DNA from: Podospora anserina
Lineage: Eukaryota
Length of the DNA stretch: 64,000 nt
Reading direction: 5' to 3'
NCBI GenBank assembly: GCA_017654855.1
Contig: CM030333.1
Span: 2,170,001-2,234,000 of the forward strand
The notes under the pieces are model-generated. The model was not told the DNA's origin. It did not search any database and saw nothing but the letters and a program-made list of their open reading frames with translations. How positions within the stretch are numbered: position 1 is the first letter of the stretch; every line of letters starts with the position of its first letter. This document shows positions 62,018 through 64,000 of this stretch, one piece after another. The position numbers and the translations under genes are program-made.

Positions 62018-63527
62018 CTATGCCCCCTGCCCAATCTCCTCCACCTCCTTCGACACCGGCCCCGTAGCCGGCCCCCCGCTCCCATAAAGGAACCCAGCCA
62101 CCAGCACCACCACCGTCACAACAACCAACCCCATGATCAACGCCCTCTTCACAGCAGCAGGTAACCTCCCCGCTCCTTCTTGACTTCCTCCTCCCTCCCC
62201 CTGGCTGAGCGGCGAGTAACTCCCCGCCACCCTCTCCCACAAGCTCTTGGCGTACACCCAGACACCGACCGAGATGGCAACCGTCTGCTCCCACCCGAGG
62301 GAGTAATACGCCAACCCTGCCGTGGCGATGGCGTAACCCACAAACTGGATCGCCGTGATGTTTGTCTTCCAGATCATGACCGAGATGATGACCAGCAAAA
62401 TGTTTTTGAGGATGCCCGTCAGGGTCATTACCAGCCCCGAGGTCTTTCCGATCTTTACGTGGTTGTTAGTATCTTTGTGCTGGACAGTTAAGGGGGGATA
62501 TTGACTTACGAGGAAAACACTCGAAACATTCAACATAAACGCCACCATCGCATTCAGCACCAACAACCCCGCCCCCGCCCTCCCCACATCCCCAAAGTCA
62601 AACCTGTTCGCCTCGCTCCCAATAGCCACAATCACATTCATCACCGCGCAGACGGGAGCGTAGTAATACAAGCTCACCAGCGGGTCCATCTTCATGTCCT
62701 CCCCGCTCAGCAAAACCTGAATCATGATCAACCTCATAGCCTCAAACACGATCCCCCCAACCTGGAACAGGAAACCAGCCATGGAAAAGTTGATCTCGCC
62801 TAGGGAAGCGAGACCGACGCCGGCGACGATGAAGAGGATGTTGAGGAAGCGCTTGAGCGAGGGCTCCTCGACCCCCCAGGCCCAGGCCGTGAGCAGGACC
62901 GCGACGGGGGCGGCAGCTTTGAGCATCTGGATGAAGGCGACTGAGAGGTAGAGGTAGACCATGTTGGAGCAGACCAGGCTGGCCGAGTAGAGGAGGCCGA
63001 TGGGGACGATGGCGCGGAGGTAGATGCGGCCGGTCATTTTGATGTTCTTGCGGCCGTCGAGGAGGTGGGTGGTGCGGGCTAGGATTTGGGTTGCTACGGT
63101 TGCGAAGACGAGGTGCCAGCAGGTGAGGATCACGGCTGGATTTGGGGGGTCAATATTCATTCAGTGTGTCAGTGCGGGTTGTACGTACGATATTCTGCGA
63201 GTAGGTTAGCATCGTTCACAGTATAGGAAGAGATGTAGAACAGAAATACGTACTGAACCCCCTCCCATCAATCATCCACTTGTTGAACAGAATCGTCAAG
63301 TTGGAAAAGAAAATCCACGCTCTATCCCAGTATCAGTCCTCATGTTCCCTCACGACATGCGCCGCCTACTATGACGTCTCTCTGGGGAATGCATACAAGA
63401 TGTAAAAGATGGGGTGTAATCCTCCCCGCTGAACCGTCGTCGGGCGCGGCTTCTCGGCCTCTGCCGCCTGAGGCTCAGGGTGCAACTGCTGCCTCTCGAC
63501 ATCATCATCGTTGTTGGCCGCGGCCAT
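62018..63527 (-). CDS. Triose-phosphate/nucleotide-sugar transporter family protein (TPT/SLC35); exons 63527-63397, 63321-63254, 63194-63189, 63135-62510, 62452-62018
   Basis: Spliced frame LHPIFYILAWIFFSNLTILFNKWMIDGRGFKYPVILTCWHL, IVPIGLLYSASLVCSN..YLYLSVAFIQMLKA, KMDPLVSLYYYAPVC and FLIGKTSGLVMTLTGILKNILL, with about 10 TM segments. Confidence 0.88.
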
Positions 63528-64000
63528 CGAGTCCGGGGATCCGGGGGTGCTGTATGTCTATTCGGGCGGAATCGGTACCGGGCGCACGCGCGGGCGCAAA
63601 AAAGAGATCGGCTTTCGGGTTCCGGGTAGTCGTTAAGGTTTAACCTTTTGCGCAGGGGAAGCGAGAGACAACTTTTGCGATGCGAAGCGCGTTGAACGTA
63701 AGGGAGGGTGTAATACTCGTCTGGTCGGCGGCGGTGGTGATTGATAGTGGGGAGGAGGCAGCCAGAAAATAATTTAACGAGTGTTTTCCCAGATTGCTCT
63801 CTCCGCGTTGCGCGTTTGCTCTCCTATCGGCGGCAGAGCGGAAAAAGTAAAAAATACTCAACGACCCAGAGATCCCGCGAAAGAGGGAGAGAAGGCAAAA
63901 GAGGGAAGAAATGAGGTTGTCGTGTTCGCCAAAAGTGCAAAAGGACCAACAACAAAATAACTGGGGACAGGCACCAACCTACCCACGATGGGGACTTGGG

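Noticed and set aside
1..64000. tRNA, 5S/rRNA, transposons, CRISPR arrays, secondary-metabolite or het/NLR genes, and premature TAG codons correctable by A-to-I editing
   Set aside because: GTTCGA-like hits lack cloverleaf context. I saw no transposase/RT motifs, LTRs/TIRs or RIP-like AT-rich blocks, no repeat-spacer arrays, and no conserved gene interrupted by a lone in-frame TAG.

Overview
Eukaryotic, intron-containing DNA from a filamentous ascomycete. Short GT..AG introns with CTRAC branch sites and the gene content point to Sordariales, most likely Podospora/Triangularia or a close relative (inference). The window is a core-genome housekeeping region with 18 supportable protein-coding genes: a Pah1/KAL-1-type homeobox TF, a BOR1-type borate/anion exchanger, an m-AAA protease, an AtrR-type Zn2Cys6 TF, mitoribosomal mL38 and uL4m (head-to-head), Mediator MED19, a GxSxG alpha/beta-hydrolase, a Ser/Thr-rich single-pass membrane protein, a large RhoGAP, SNF4, VAC8, IMP1 and mitochondrial IF3 (head-to-head), eIF2B delta, a small complex I subunit, a BOD1/Shg1-like protein with a long RD/RS tail, and a TPT-family transporter. 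I rebuilt exon structures by hand from splice signals and frame continuity. Items invisible to the ORF track include a U4 snRNA gene (~29429-29556), a 6-nt micro-exon in the transporter, Puf4-like 3'UTR elements shared by three mitochondrial translation genes, an apparent frameshift near the end of the borate transporter, and an unexplained ~8.8 kb gene-free stretch between two convergent genes. I saw no transposon, CRISPR array, tRNA, rRNA or secondary-metabolite cluster. I cannot support a claim of a wholly new biological system; the best leads are listed as hypotheses.
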